NCBI RefSeq assembly: GCF_018977255.1
Contig: NW_024704743.1
Location: 66,466,001 to 66,530,000 of the forward strand
Source of the DNA: Callorhinchus milii
Lineage: Eukaryota
Reading direction: 5' to 3'
Length of the DNA: 64,000 nt
The notes beneath the pieces were generated by a model. It had not been told where the DNA came from. It ran no database searches and saw only the letters and a list, made by a program, of their open reading frames with translations. Below are positions 51,670 through 64,000 of the stretch, piece by piece; within the stretch, counting starts at the first letter, position 1; the number at the start of each line of letters is the position of its first letter. The position numbers and the translations under genes were made by a program.

Positions 51670-52600
51670 TGATCCTCTCCTCCTACCACGGCTCCTACCA
51701 CAGCCCCCACCCTACACTCCTTTGCCCACATCTCTTCCTCCTCCCTTTCCCTCACCATCCCCCAGATGAAGCCCACCACCTGTTGCATCAACCCCCCCCT
51801 CCCCACCCAGCTTCTGGTCACTCAACTCCCCCTCCACTGCCCACTGCTGACTGACACAATCAACCAGTTCCTCTCCACAGGCTCTGTCCCACTCCCCCTC
51901 CAAACCGCTGTTATCACTCCTCTCCTTAAAAAGTTACCCTCGATTCCCTCCAAACTCACAAACTTCAGACCCATCTCAAACCTGCCCATCGTGGGCAAAG
52001 TTTTGGAATGCATCATTGCTAATCAAATTCACTCACACCTCCCCCTCCACTCCCCTCCAGTCCGGTATTCACACTGCCCACAGCACAGAGACAGCGCTCA
52101 TCAAAGTAACAAATGACGTCCTCTCTCTCCATCCTCACAAACTTCTGTACTCCCATCACACCAGTCCTTGCCAGGCTCCACGGGCTCCCAATTATTGAAT
52201 GGATCAATTTCAAGACACTCTCACTCGTTTTCAAATCCCTTCATGCCGTTGTAACTCCCTACCTATCCGATCTGCTTACCCCCCCCACTCCACCTGCCAC
52301 TGCCTCTGCTCAGCTAGCTCCAGCCTCCTGTTAGCCCTTCATCCCTTCTGCCCCACCATCAATGGCCGTGCCTTCAGCCAGCATGCCCTGAAATTCTGGA
52401 ACTCTCTCCCTCAATCCCTCCGCCTTGTCCCCTCCCTCCCCACCTTCAAATCCCTCCTAAAGACCTTCCTTTTTGATTGTGCTTACGGTTACCTCCCCCC
52501 TCCCTCTCCCCTTGGCTCGGCGTCAGACTCCACCACTGTCAAGTACTCCGGGATGCTACCCCGGGTGAAGGATGCTATATAAATGCAAGTTGTTGTTGTA
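51670..52600 (+). mobile_element. L2 LINE fragment with internal deletion
   Basis: NFRPISNLPIVGKVLE and HSTETALIKVTND fused to PITPVLARLH...AFSQHALKFWNSLP, with a (TTG)n tail. Confidence 0.9.
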
Positions 52601-55600
52601 ATCATTTTCCGATCTTCGTCAGGAGATACTAGACTAACCAAATATAAGTTAGAGCCACATATATCCAGTGAATAAACCCAGAGTGACCATTTTGCATTCT
52701 TGTAAATGACACTGGAAAGGATCCATGGCAACTATCATGCCTCACTAGTTCTATAAAGAAAGGAATTCTGCAATTGTGATTCTATATTCATGGCTGTATC
52801 TTCAAACCACAATTATACTGTTTTAACACTGAATTTCACTTAATTGACAATATTCACCACCTATAATAATAATTCTTGAATTTGTTATAATGTCTTTAAT
52901 GTAAAAACTCCTCAAATTGCATCATAGGGAATTGTTGCTAAATGTGTATTTGTAGGAAAATAGAGCTGCCACTTTGTGCTTATCAATATCCCACAAATAG
53001 CCATAAAATGAATGACCAATTTATCTGGAGGATTGTTGGCAAGGACACTGAGAGTTTCCCTTCACATTCTGAATAGACACACCACCCCTTGAGTACATGC
53101 ACACTCATTAAGCTGCATTTGTCCTTCACTCTTGGCAGCTAAACATTCAATATAAATGGGAGGAAATGGTTTCAGTAGCAGCTTGATTAGTAATGCTCCA
53201 GTATAAACACGAAGGGTGTTGGAACTGGGCTCACTCCCCAGTGCTCAGTTGAATAGCATCCAAATGTGAGGAGTATTAAACCACTCAGAACCCAGTATTT
53301 TTTAAATGCTATTGAAGAAAGAATCAAGTGACATTATAGCATATGTAAGCAAAATCACTAATTAACTAGTATTAAAGCTGTACTGTTTGACAAAATTGGA
53401 CTTTACAGTAAATGTGTAAATAAACAGATTAATTTGCCTTAAGGCACATTTATGAAACACTTTCATCAAGGCTATTTTAATTTGGTAGGAGATTCACATT
53501 TTCTCACTATTTTCATAATATTGTCACTTGAGCCTTAGTTTAAGTGTTAGGTCGACCTCCCTCTTAAAATGCCAGTTTGTTCCAATGATAAATGCATGAG
53601 CTAGTGCCAAATAATAGAGACCATTAGAACCTAGAAATTGAGACCAGCAAGAGAAATATTTATTTCCCAGAGTAGAATGAATATCTTCTCCAAAGTAAAT
53701 GAGTTCCAATATTTTAAAGTGAGCTCATTAATGGCATATCTCAAACATATTTATTACCTGCTTATGACTTAGAATGGTTTTAAATTGCATTCCACAAAAA
53801 GGCTTCGTGAAATGTGACCATAATATACACAAAAGGATTTCAAAATGTTTGAGTACTCAGGCTTAGCTACCTTGGGAGTTTTAGAACAGGAAACTTGGAT
53901 TTTTAATTGCAAATATGGGGAGTGAATGAAGCTATAATAATCATTTTAATTGAGTATTTGGAAACATTACAAAACTTTACATTAAACTCATTGCATATTA
54001 TTTTAGTTGCAAATGTTTATTTAATATAGCGCTGTCCCAAAGAGAACAGAATTAATCAACTCTGGTTATACACCAACTTAAAGCAGATAGCGTGTTTTAA
54101 TAATAGTACTCGATCCAATTACAATAATTCATTAATTCAGCTGATGTGAAAATGAAGTCACAGTTGCTTCCGTTTGTTTAATTGGAATTGACTTCAAAAG
54201 TAATCTGATTTAACAGCTGTATTAACAAGGGCATTAGCAGCGGGATCTGTTGTATAACACCGTGAGGAGGGTCTTTAATGTGCTGTAGAAGCACACCCAC
54301 ATTGCTTGCACATCTGGGCAAATCTGTGAAAGAATGGTGCACTGTGCCCTCCATTTCGCCTGGCACTCTCCCAACTGACTCACACAACATTCACACTGTG
54401 ATGGGAGCTTCCAGACATCCGCAAGAACACATTAGCAGAGATAATTAGCAACGGAAATCTTCCCCATTTGTTTTGCTTAAGATTTATTTATTAAAAATGC
54501 TTTCAATATGTAAATAGTCAGTTACAGTTATACAATATTTTTAAAGTCTCATATATGTTAAAGTAAAGGTGACCAACATTTCCTCTGTTGCACAAAATCT
54601 GCTAAACCTAAACTAACCACGTCTTGAGAACTGCTAAATTTAATAACGTGTTTAATCTGAATTTTAGTGGAACATATAATTTCAGTCTATGTTGAAAGGA
54701 GGGACATATAACCTCTACTTTCAGAGTGGAATTCCCATAGCTCAACAGGATTTCAACAGTATATTTATTTTAAAAATCCCCATTATAAAGAAATCCAAAC
54801 TGAAACTTTACATTTTATTGTTTGTGATATTAAAATAACTTAAGAGTAAATACTCCTGGAGCACTGTTGTTATACTATTATGATAGAAAAGACTTCCAAG
54901 AATATTAACCTTTTTTTTACTCTTGATCATTTGTTCCTTAACTATGAGAACTATTTTGAATTCACAGCAAAGTAACTTTCATTATTCTAACTTCTGAATC
55001 AGCCACTGTGAATTTAATTCAGAATATCTTTCAGCGGTCCAAATCTTGGTTTCTTTATAAGCTTTCTATTATAGATAATCAGTAGCCTTGTTTGACAGAA
55101 ATGACTTGTGTCATATAGAAATATTGTACCTTCTAACTTTGCATAACAAAATTCTGTGTTAAGCACATTTTTAAACTAGGGCACGTTTTCACACACGACT
55201 GGTCTATGTTACAATAGTACGAAGTGCTGAACATGATTGTTGATTGGGTTAAAAAAGGTTACAACAATTTGTATATTTCAGAAGCATTTTTTATCATATA
55301 ATAATATAATGTAATTATATGATTGGTATAGCATCAATCTTGTCGGCAGGATGTCCAAAGTGCTTCACAGGATTTACTGTAAAGTAACTGTTTTTTGGGG
55401 GGGGCACAGCAATGACCCAAAAATATGAAGTGAATGAATAATTTTATTTGGGGAATTGTTGGCTAGAACTTTAAACAAAATTGACTGACAAATAAATAAT
55501 TCATAACGATTGATAAATATCCAACTACATTCAGTATTTATATTTTTAACCGCAATTTTTTTTTAAAAAAATCTACTGAAATGAATGTGAAAGTTATTTT

Positions 55601-56424
55601 GAATTTGACAATGAAGCTTATTCTAATCCCTGGAATGTTCAGACCCTTGTCTATTACAATTTCAAAGATTTTTAAAATGCTTTAAAATTATTTAAATTAC
55701 TTATTTTAATTACTTCATACAAACTTCATACAAAATATCACGATTTTGATTGAGTCTATTCACACAGCAGGTATCTGAACTTTTACATGAAAGGTTGCAC
55801 AAGTCATTCTGAGATACCATAATATACGATTTGAATACAATTACAATAATCGCTTGAATTGCTTTATTTTACATTACATTTATATGAAATGACCTTGAGA
55901 GTCCATGACTTATTTCAGTCCCCAGAAACATAAGACAGTTCTTTGAAACTCCACCAGTTAAAGGGATACACTGAAATACCATTGCTTGCTACAGGGGAAC
56001 CTCATCATAACATGACAGGTTCAATAACTAAAGCACTAAAGCATATGGCTGACTTCCAGATCGTCAGGTTGCCGCTAGCATATTCCTTGCACATAGTACC
56101 CGTGTGCAGCACATAGATGTTGATCATGTGCAGGAAATGGTGTCAGTGACACTTCCTGTACACAGCATGCATGCGCACAATGTGCAGGAAATGACTTCAG
56201 TAGTGACTATTATAAATAGGATACTGCCGGTGTCTGGAAGGATATCAAGCTGACTCTCAGGAACGATTCTCCAGATTACATTCCGGTGTATCAACTTGAT
56301 ATATTTCCAATTACAGGAGTCAGGTATTTCAGGCTCCATTGGCAAAATTAACAGTACATTATTGTGCAAGGATGTGTATGTACACTCATTCCATGGTTAA
56401 CATAGATCTGATCTATGTAAGGTT

Positions 56425-56694
56425 CTGCTCTTGCCACACAGTGCTATCAATAGCAAGCTATGTGGTTTTAGCTGGTCAGACTCCAGCAGTACCCCAACAC
56501 ACACTCTGGGGTCTCCAAGCCTTGGCTCTTGCCAACCGGTGCCTAATACTTTCTGGAATTAGGTAAACAGGATGTGTCCCTCCAGGGAGAGAGTGCACAT
56601 TCCAATCCCACAATTTATCTTTTCCAAAAGTTTGGTTTGGGTACTCTTAAGGTAATGGGTTTCGGAATGTGTCAGACACCCGCCTTACCAAAAA
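56425..56694 (+). mobile_element. Unclassified family, copy I
   Basis: ccaagccttggctcttgccaaccggtgcctaatac...gtgtcagacacccgccttacc plus A5. Confidence 0.78.
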
Positions 56695-57739
56695 CAAGAC
56701 ATCCTCCCTACGTGAAAGGTAAGACATCAAAGGCAAAGATTATTAATGTAATAAACTATGTTTGCCTCACAGACAGATCAAGAATTCATTATCCTGTAAA
56801 CAACTCTTCTATTAAGTTATGAAGTTATTAGAGCTACTTAAATTTAGAACATTAATATTTGAAATACTTTAAACAGAAGTTCCTAGTGCTCCTCATTGAA
56901 CTCTCTCCATTATAGCTACTTGTATCTGAACTAAATGCACCAGCTGTTATCGTTCTAATTGCTGAAATAAAACAATAAGCACTTAATGTTGTCAAAGTAA
57001 CTGCACTGATTCTTATTCTTCATTTACAGGCCCATTTTCATCTAATAAATTGTCTTGCAAATTAACTGAGTAAGTCAATCAACAGAAGCACTAATGGCAA
57101 CAAATGGTAGCATGGTGCTTTGCCAATTCTGTCTGGCTTTTAAAAAAGTATTTTTGGGTTTCCACTGCAATGCAATGCAAAGTGCCATATCTATCAACAG
57201 GGTAGTTCAGCAATAGCATTCTGTTCTATATCACTCGTTATATCGCCGCAAGGTCCCTTTAAAAGTAAAGACTGTGGCTTCTCTTAATAATTTTGATGAA
57301 TTGTCAACTATCCTTCGATGTTTCATTTTGATTTATTTTATTAACCTTGTGGGGTTACCTTTAAAAGCTGAGTTTAGTTGCTTTTCACAAATAGCACGAA
57401 AATGCTAGGATCTGTGTGGCAGCAGGATATAAAAGTGCAGCCAACCGTCTTAATAGCTGCAACACCACCCTTTTGGCAAACACATTTTAGCAAGTATAAG
57501 ATACCGACTAGGGGATCTAAAAGAGAATTTAGTAAGATTTTTTCACGCAGAGCGTGCTGAGAATGTGGAACTCACTGTCTGAAGCAGTGGTTGAAGCCCA
57601 TGGAATAACTGCATTCAAGAGGAAGTTGGACCTTCACATGAGGGAGAGGGGAATAGAAGACTATGGGGGAAAATAGGGAGTGGGTGGAGACTCAAAGTAA
57701 AATATAACCACTGGCATGAACCAGTTGGGATGCATGGCT

Positions 57740-58063
57740 TAATAATAATAATAATAATAATAATCCTTGCATTTGATATAGCGCTTTTGACGTCGGGAGG
57801 ACGTCCCAAAGCGCTTCACAGAATAGACTGTAAAGTGAATTGACTGTATATTTGTGGGCGAACGCGGCAGCCAATTGCGCACAGCAATGTCCCACAAACA
57901 GTCGGGGATTGAAAATGACCAATTTATTATTGTTTTGTTTTGGAGGAATTATTATTAGGCGTGTGGAGTAAGGAAACTTGCCCAAGGTTTCGCTCTGCCT
58001 GGAATTGAACTCAGGTCTCTCGCTTGCAAGGCGAGTGCTCTAACCACTGAGCTACAGGACTCC
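57740..58063 (-). mobile_element. Young SINE, full length, inserted in a CR1 3' tail (about 57500-58100)
   Basis: Near-identical to the family. Flanks continue a CR1 tail: ccagttgggatgcatggct | tgtttctatgctg. Confidence 0.95.
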
Positions 58064-58601
58064 ACTTGTTTGTTTCTATGCTGCACAATCTATGAAAATT
58101 TATGCAAAACCAAGGTAGGAAAGGGAAGAGAGATTAACTGGGATGTCTTGTTGTGATAATGTACTCTCCATAGAATGACACAGAATGTACAATACTGAAA
58201 TAGCCATTTGGCCCAACTAGTCCATCTGGTGTTTATATTCCACATGAGTCTCACCTGTATTCCTGTATCCCTGTATTCCCTTCCCTTTCATGGATGCATC
58301 AAGTTTCCTCTTTAGTGTGTTGATGTTTTTTTCCTGCATTAACAACAGCTTAACCATAGAACCACATGAATTCATGGCACAGACGACCATTCAGGCCATT
58401 GTGTCTGTGAGAGCTACATAAACTGATAGTTTCTGGCAGTCAGTTCTCCATTAAGTGACAAATACTTAAAACATGTATATTACAAGATGCTATGGACTTT
58501 CAGTTCAGGATTCCTCAGGTGATTAACCACATGCAAAACCTAGATTTACACAGAGAATAATACACGTTCAAGATCTCGGTGAAAAAGGCACATTGTGCTA
58601 C

Positions 58602-58720
58602 CTGACATTGTCGTGTCTTTGGATGTATATTTTGTGAAATATCCTTTCCGGAGGTTTCAGGAAATCTTCCTTCATTTCCATTGCTACATTTCTGGGAAGC
58701 AGGCTCATTAGAAGTCTTTC
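58602..58720 (-). CDS. ADCY1: Adenylate cyclase 1 internal exon (equivalent to mammalian exon 3), start of C1a
   Basis: Minus strand ttttctgcag|GAA AGA CTT...GTC AG|gtagca. Translates [40 protein letters not shown]. 119 nt, phase fits the next exon. Not in the ORF track. Confidence 0.96.
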
Positions 58721-59567
58721 CTGCAGAAAATCACAAATCCGGAGAAATGTAAAAATGCTTCTGAGATGCGATCAGTTCAAAGTGACTTACACTCCTTTGT
58801 GCAAGATTCGAGAAATGACTATAGTTACTTAACTTATTTATATTTATCCACAACTCTAGCCCACCCAGATGCAGAATTCCGTGAGATGTTTAAAATTGAA
58901 TTAGGTAGATATTTATACTTGGGATGTACGGGTATTAAGGAATATGAAGAAAAGGCAAGGAAATAGGATTAAAAGATCTGTCATGATCTAATAAAATGGC
59001 AGAACAAGCTCAACAGGCTGAATGGCCTATTCCTGTTCCTATGTGATCTATGGAAAATGAATGTGATCTCTACTGCTGCAACTCTTCAAAGCACTGCCTT
59101 ACTGCACAATGACAGGACGTTGTGTATGTTGCAAGGTAAGTCAGCGTAAGAAGAATATAGATTTCTTCCTGAAGGAAACTATTATGAAATTTGGAAATGA
59201 AATGTATTGTTTACAGGTATTTTATGGGGCTTTTGGGATAAATCATTACAAGGTGAATTGATCCAATAGTTTTAACAAAGATTTTGCACATAAACACACT
59301 AAGCTCACAAATAAATTTATTCTGCAACGACAAATGGCTACATTTCCAGTATACAACAACATCTTTGAAATCAATATGTTCTGTGCTCACACCATTATTA
59401 ATTTATGAGATAATCTAAGCATACCTCAGAGGTATACTAATATAAAAGTCCTTCCATCTGATGTAGCGCCTTATCGTGCTGTTGAGATGTTTCAAAGTGC
59501 TTCACAGGAATTAATAATAATCCTTGCATTTGATATAGCTCCTTATTATGTCTTCGAGACATTTCAA

Positions 59568-59834
59568 AGCTCAGTGGTTAGAGCACTCGCTTTGCAAGTG
59601 AGAGACCTTAGTTCAATTCTAGGCAGGGCAAAACCTTGGGCAAGTTTCCTTACTCCACACACCTAATAATAATCCCTCCAAAAACAAAACCAATAATAAA
59701 TTGGTCATTTTCAATCCATGACTGTTTGTGGGACATTGCTGTGCACAATTGGCTGCCTCGTTCGCCCACAAAAGAAGACGTGAAAAGCGCTATATCAAAT
59801 GCAAGGATTATTATTATTATTATTATAATTATTA
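59568..59834 (+). mobile_element. Young SINE with internal deletion, nested in an older minus-strand copy
   Basis: agctcagtggttagagcact...; the body jumps from cccacaaa to gaagacgtgaaaagcgct. Confidence 0.9.
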
Positions 59835-60271
59835 ACGCGCTTCACAGAGTATACTGTAAACTGAACGCTATAAGTGTAGTAACTGTAATTTGTAGGCAAA
59901 TGCAACAGCCATTAATATCTCATCCAAAGGTCAGGCCAACGTAGCAGCATCCCCACAGCCCCCACCAAGCATTACACTGGAGAGTCATCTAAGATGATTT
60001 ACAACCCACACTCTCGGAGGTGAGAGTGCTACCAACTGAACCAGGCTCAGATGACAATAGAGAAGTGAAATGTCAGAGTGGTTTACAGTGTTTAGCGAAT
60101 GCACTGAAACACAAATCAAATGCAAAAATATGGTAATCTGAATGTGTTACTCTATATAGCCATTTGAAAATGCAAAATGTTTATCTATGGTCAAAAGTTC
60201 AGTAAATTTGCCAAGATTAAAGGGTCTATAAATACAGTGCTTGTTCTACCCTAGAACTGAACCTTTATTTT

Positions 60272-60553
60272 TAATAATAATACTCCTTGCATTTGATATA
60301 ACGCCTTATCACGTCTTCGAAACGTCTCAATGCACTTCACAGATTATACTGTAAAGTGAATTGACTACATTTTGTGGGTGAAACTCGGCAGCCAATTGCA
60401 CCCAGCAGTGTCCCACAAACAGTCATGGATTGAGTGGCCAAATTATTACCTTTTTTTTAAGGGATTATTATGGACTACCAGATATAGTATCCCCGGAAAA
60501 GCGATCTGCCAATCAACTAACAACCGGGTTCCTACTTACTGCTAGGTAAACAG
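60272..60553 (-). mobile_element. SINE long subfamily, 5'-truncated
   Basis: Tail, body and central segment in reverse. Confidence 0.87.
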
Positions 60554-60699
60554 AATTAAGGCGCTATATCAAATGCAAGGATTATGATTATTATTACTAT
60601 ATTGTCAGAAATTCGTTTGGCTTATGATTGGCATAAAAAATGTGGTAGATCTGTCAAAACCTTAATGGCTGCATCACTTTTCCAAATACTGAGGTCCAG

Positions 60700-61017
60700 A
60701 GGGAAGAGCTGAATTGTCTGAGGTGCTTCAGATGGTGTGTAAAACCAAGGTCCCATCTGTCTGTTCAAGTCGGCTTTAAAAATCTCACTGCATTATTTTA
60801 AACGAGAAGATTTGCCAGATACCATGGCCAACAATCCCACAGGGAAAAAAAAGATTCACTTAAAGGATGTTTATGGAATGTGGCTGTGTGCAAATTGTCT
60901 GCTGCGTTCACCTACAAATACATAGTCAATGCATTTTAAAGAAACTCTTTTTGAAACAATTTGAGACCTTTCAAAATGACAAAGTGCTAAATCAAATGCA
61001 AGGCTTACTATTATTAT
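60700..61017 (+). mobile_element. Older Deu-type SINE relic
   Basis: aaaccaaggtcccatctgtctgttcaag core, tgtgcaaattg, and aaatgcaagg tail. A similar relic lies at 62050-62320. Confidence 0.65.
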
Positions 61018-61557
61018 AAAAGGAAACATCCACCTTTGGCATGTGTTCTCCACAATGCATTAAGCTACACTTGCACAGAATGCCAAGATCAAGTTTGGTC
61101 CTGAATCGAAGCAAATACACTGTGTAGAGCTGGAAGTATAAATTAGCCTTCCTGCTCAATGTAGCTGTACTGCTGGGAGCAAAGCAGCTTTGCCCCAGGC
61201 AGTATCAAGCCAGCATTAACCTCCGGAAAAGGACTCTTCTGTAAAGCCTGTCTTACAAGCTCTTGTTGAAAGTGGATGTATTAACCTACATAGCAAGCCC
61301 CAAGGAATGGCTCTGCTATAGACCACTGAACTCATTCAATGTACAGTTACACACTGAATTGGAGCAGTTATCTAAGTTTTGAATCAATCGCCTATTATTC
61401 TTAACTGTTTAATGCCCACCTTATGATGTTGAAATTTTAAAAATCATATGCCCAAACACAAATTATATGCTGCTCTTCCTGCCAATCACTCTGGGCAGGA
61501 TAAACTAGGCATTAAAATCCTGCTTCTGATCAGTTTGCAATTATACAGATAAAGTGA

Positions 61558-61794
61558 GGTTGTAAATCCTGAGCAAATATGGCCCATAGGGCTCTTGCTA
61601 TCTGACATTACCATTACATCCAAGTAATCTTAAATGCAGTCTTAATTTCAAAGTTGATTTTCCACAGTTCTTTCTCAGTACTGCTGTGAAGTTAGCTTCA
61701 AAATGAAGGCTGAATTCAAGACTGTTTTCAAAACACCATCTTAAATTTTAGGACAATATTCTTTTCAAGCCTAAAAACATATAAAATTTCAGCC
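61558..61794. mobile_element. Foldback MITE-like element, copy 3
   Basis: Inner arms tcttaaatgcagtcttaatttcaaagttga / ttagcttcaaaatgaaggctgaattcaaga. Confidence 0.6.
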
Positions 61795-63129
61795 GATTGA
61801 TTCTTTAATAATGATAAAGCATAACCGGTATTTGCCACTGTGTAGTGAAGCCTTTATCATGCCCTTAGGTGTGAATGTATAGTGCTCTGCTTCACTTCCA
61901 TTGGACACAGATGGAAATCAATGCAGAGCTGGTTGTGTGCTCTGGGCTGCCAGCTCACATTACTACACTCCAGACACTGTACAAATTGGTGGCTGCACCA
62001 ATCAACGTCAGGAAAGGTGTAACTGACAGTATCTGGATAAATAAGTTTAAGTTTACACTATATGTTGCTGTGAGGTCCCATCTGCCTGTTCAGGTGGATG
62101 TTAAATATCTCAAGATTCCCAGTATCCTGACCAACAATCATTCAGTTAAAATTCAGCAATCACTTCAGGGCTGTTTTTAGGACCTTGCAATGTGCAAATT
62201 GAAAGCTGTGTTTGCCTGCAAATAAGACAGTCACTACACTTCATAGCAATTACATGGCAAGCATTGTGAAACGTTTTGATACTAGAAGTGCTACATATAA
62301 TGCAAGGATTATTATTATTATGCGCAGCCCCAGAGAGAAACTACCACAATGAGCATCTTTCCAGTATTCTCTTCAATGGTAAATGTTCAATTAGGGTTAG
62401 AAAGGAAAACAATTTAAATTAATCAAATATTTTATCCATAATGATATTTTCTGAACATTTTGAAATATTTTTAGTTTAAAATCATGGTATGGTTTCCTTG
62501 GAGATCTATTAAATATGTTAATTGCATAGCTAAAAACAAGCAATTCACTTTATAGTATATTTTGTGAAGCACTTTGAAATGTCTCAACAACACGATGAGG
62601 TGCTATATCAACTGCAAGGACTATTATTATTATTATAAATACATAGAAAGTTGCAGCACGGAAACAGACATTTTTGCCCAACTAGCCCGTGCTGTTGTTT
62701 ATACTCCACACAAGCCTCCATTCTCCTCATCCTCTCTCCCATACCTCTCCATTCCCTTCTCCCTCAGATTATCATCAAGTTTTCTCCTAAATACGTTGTT
62801 TTTTTTGCTTCAACTGCAACTTCCGGTAGTCAGATCCAAAAGTATCTGATTAAGAAACTATTATTAGAGAGCATTTTTTTTTATTCTACCTTAAGACCTT
62901 CCTCTTTAACCATGGATTCAGTCAAATGTCCCCCCTCCCCGACTTGGCTCCCACCCCCAACTCGGGTGCCGTGCCATAATGACCAAGCATCTTGGGACAT
63001 CCTCCCAATGTGAAAGGCATTATATGAATGTAAATTTATATTATAACTTATCACTGAGTATGTTCAGTCCCAGGTGAATATTGTGCTCAAGAGATATCTG
63101 AATGGACCACTGAGTACATTAAGACACTG

Positions 63130-63424
63130 GGCTGCTACACATCCCCCACCTTTCCCACTCCACTCTCGGCGGTCAGGTATTCAGCCTTTCCACCCCCACC
63201 CTCTGGCACTCCATCCCAGAGCCCCTCCCTTGCCTCATTCAAGGTCCATCTTAAGACCTTCCATTTCAACCATGCCTTCAGTCATCTTCCCTCCTCCACC
63301 TCCTTTGCTCTCAACCCCTCTCTGATCCCAAACCACAGCTCAGGTTCAAAATCCTCATTGTCCAGTGCATTGGGACGTCCTCTCGACGTGAAAGCTCTAT
63401 ATAAATCCAATTTGTTATTGTTAT
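63130..63424 (+). mobile_element. L2 LINE 3' end
   Basis: Homologous to 24090-24372, with gggacgtcctctcgacgtgaaag tail. Confidence 0.8.
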
Positions 63425-63427
63425 AAC

Positions 63428-63794
63428 AATAATAATAATTCTTGCATTTCATATAGCACCTCATCATGTCTTCAAGACATCTCAAAGCACTTCACTTTAT
63501 ACCGTAAAGTAAATTGACTGTATTGTGAGCGAAACGTGGCAGCCAATTGCGCACAGCAGTGTCCCACAAACAGTTGTGGATTGAGTGACCAATTTATTGG
63601 GGTTTTTTAGAAGAAATTATTACCCCGCAGAAAAGCGATCTGCCAATCGACTGATAACCAGGTTCCTACTTACTGCAAGGTAAACAGAGGCGTGTGGAGT
63701 AAGGAAACTTGCCCAGCATTTCGCCCTGCTGGGAATCGGACCCAGGTCTTTCGCTTGTGAGGCAAGTGCTCTAACCACTGAGTTACAAGACTCC
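63428..63794 (-). mobile_element. SINE long subfamily, full length
   Basis: Head ggagtcttgtaactcagtggttagagc, central segment, TTA tail. Confidence 0.9.
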
Positions 63795-64000
63795 ACAATG
63801 GAATTTACATTTATGGAGAACAAGATATATATAGGGTTGTTCTTGAATTCAGTGGGAATGCCATCCCTTCTTGTCTTTTGTAATGTGCAGGACAGTTTCC
63901 CGTGCAAAATTCTTTACCTGTAATCAGTCATTTACTTTATTCTGTCTATCAAAGCAAACTTATCATTCACAGTAATAATCCTTGATATAGAATTTTTCAC

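Noticed and set aside
55958..57262. Kolobok-like ends ttaaaggga... and ...gtccctttaa
   Set aside because: The match extends only a few bases beyond TTAA, too short to call one element.
1..64000. CRISPR-like array from the recurring gggacgtcctcccgacgtgaaa motif
   Set aside because: Copies are dispersed, irregularly spaced and in both orientations. They are SINE and L2 3' tails.

Overview
AT-rich, repeat-dense vertebrate genomic DNA. The repeat landscape points to a cartilaginous fish, possibly a chimaera (inference). The whole window lies inside one minus-strand gene, adenylate cyclase 1 (ADCY1). Six internal coding exons (119, 112, 128, 159, 142 and 156 nt, all GT-AG) join into one open frame covering the C1a catalytic domain and the C1b calmodulin-binding helix. 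Two of them (58602-58720, 39384-39511) are missing from the ORF track. The introns carry a young tRNA-derived SINE (two subfamilies, more than 15 copies or fragments), older Deu-type and LF-SINE-like relics, L2 and CR1 LINE 3' fragments, two R4/Dong-like relics and a solo LTR. Best leads: an unclassified, hairpin-rich, A-tailed retroposon-like family (9 copies); a ~235-bp foldback family (4 copies); a covarying stem-loop shared by the SINE and L2 tails; and inverted SINE pairs bracketing two exons. I found no evidence of a novel protein-coding system. Repeat boundaries are approximate, and family names come from recalled consensus sequences, not searches.
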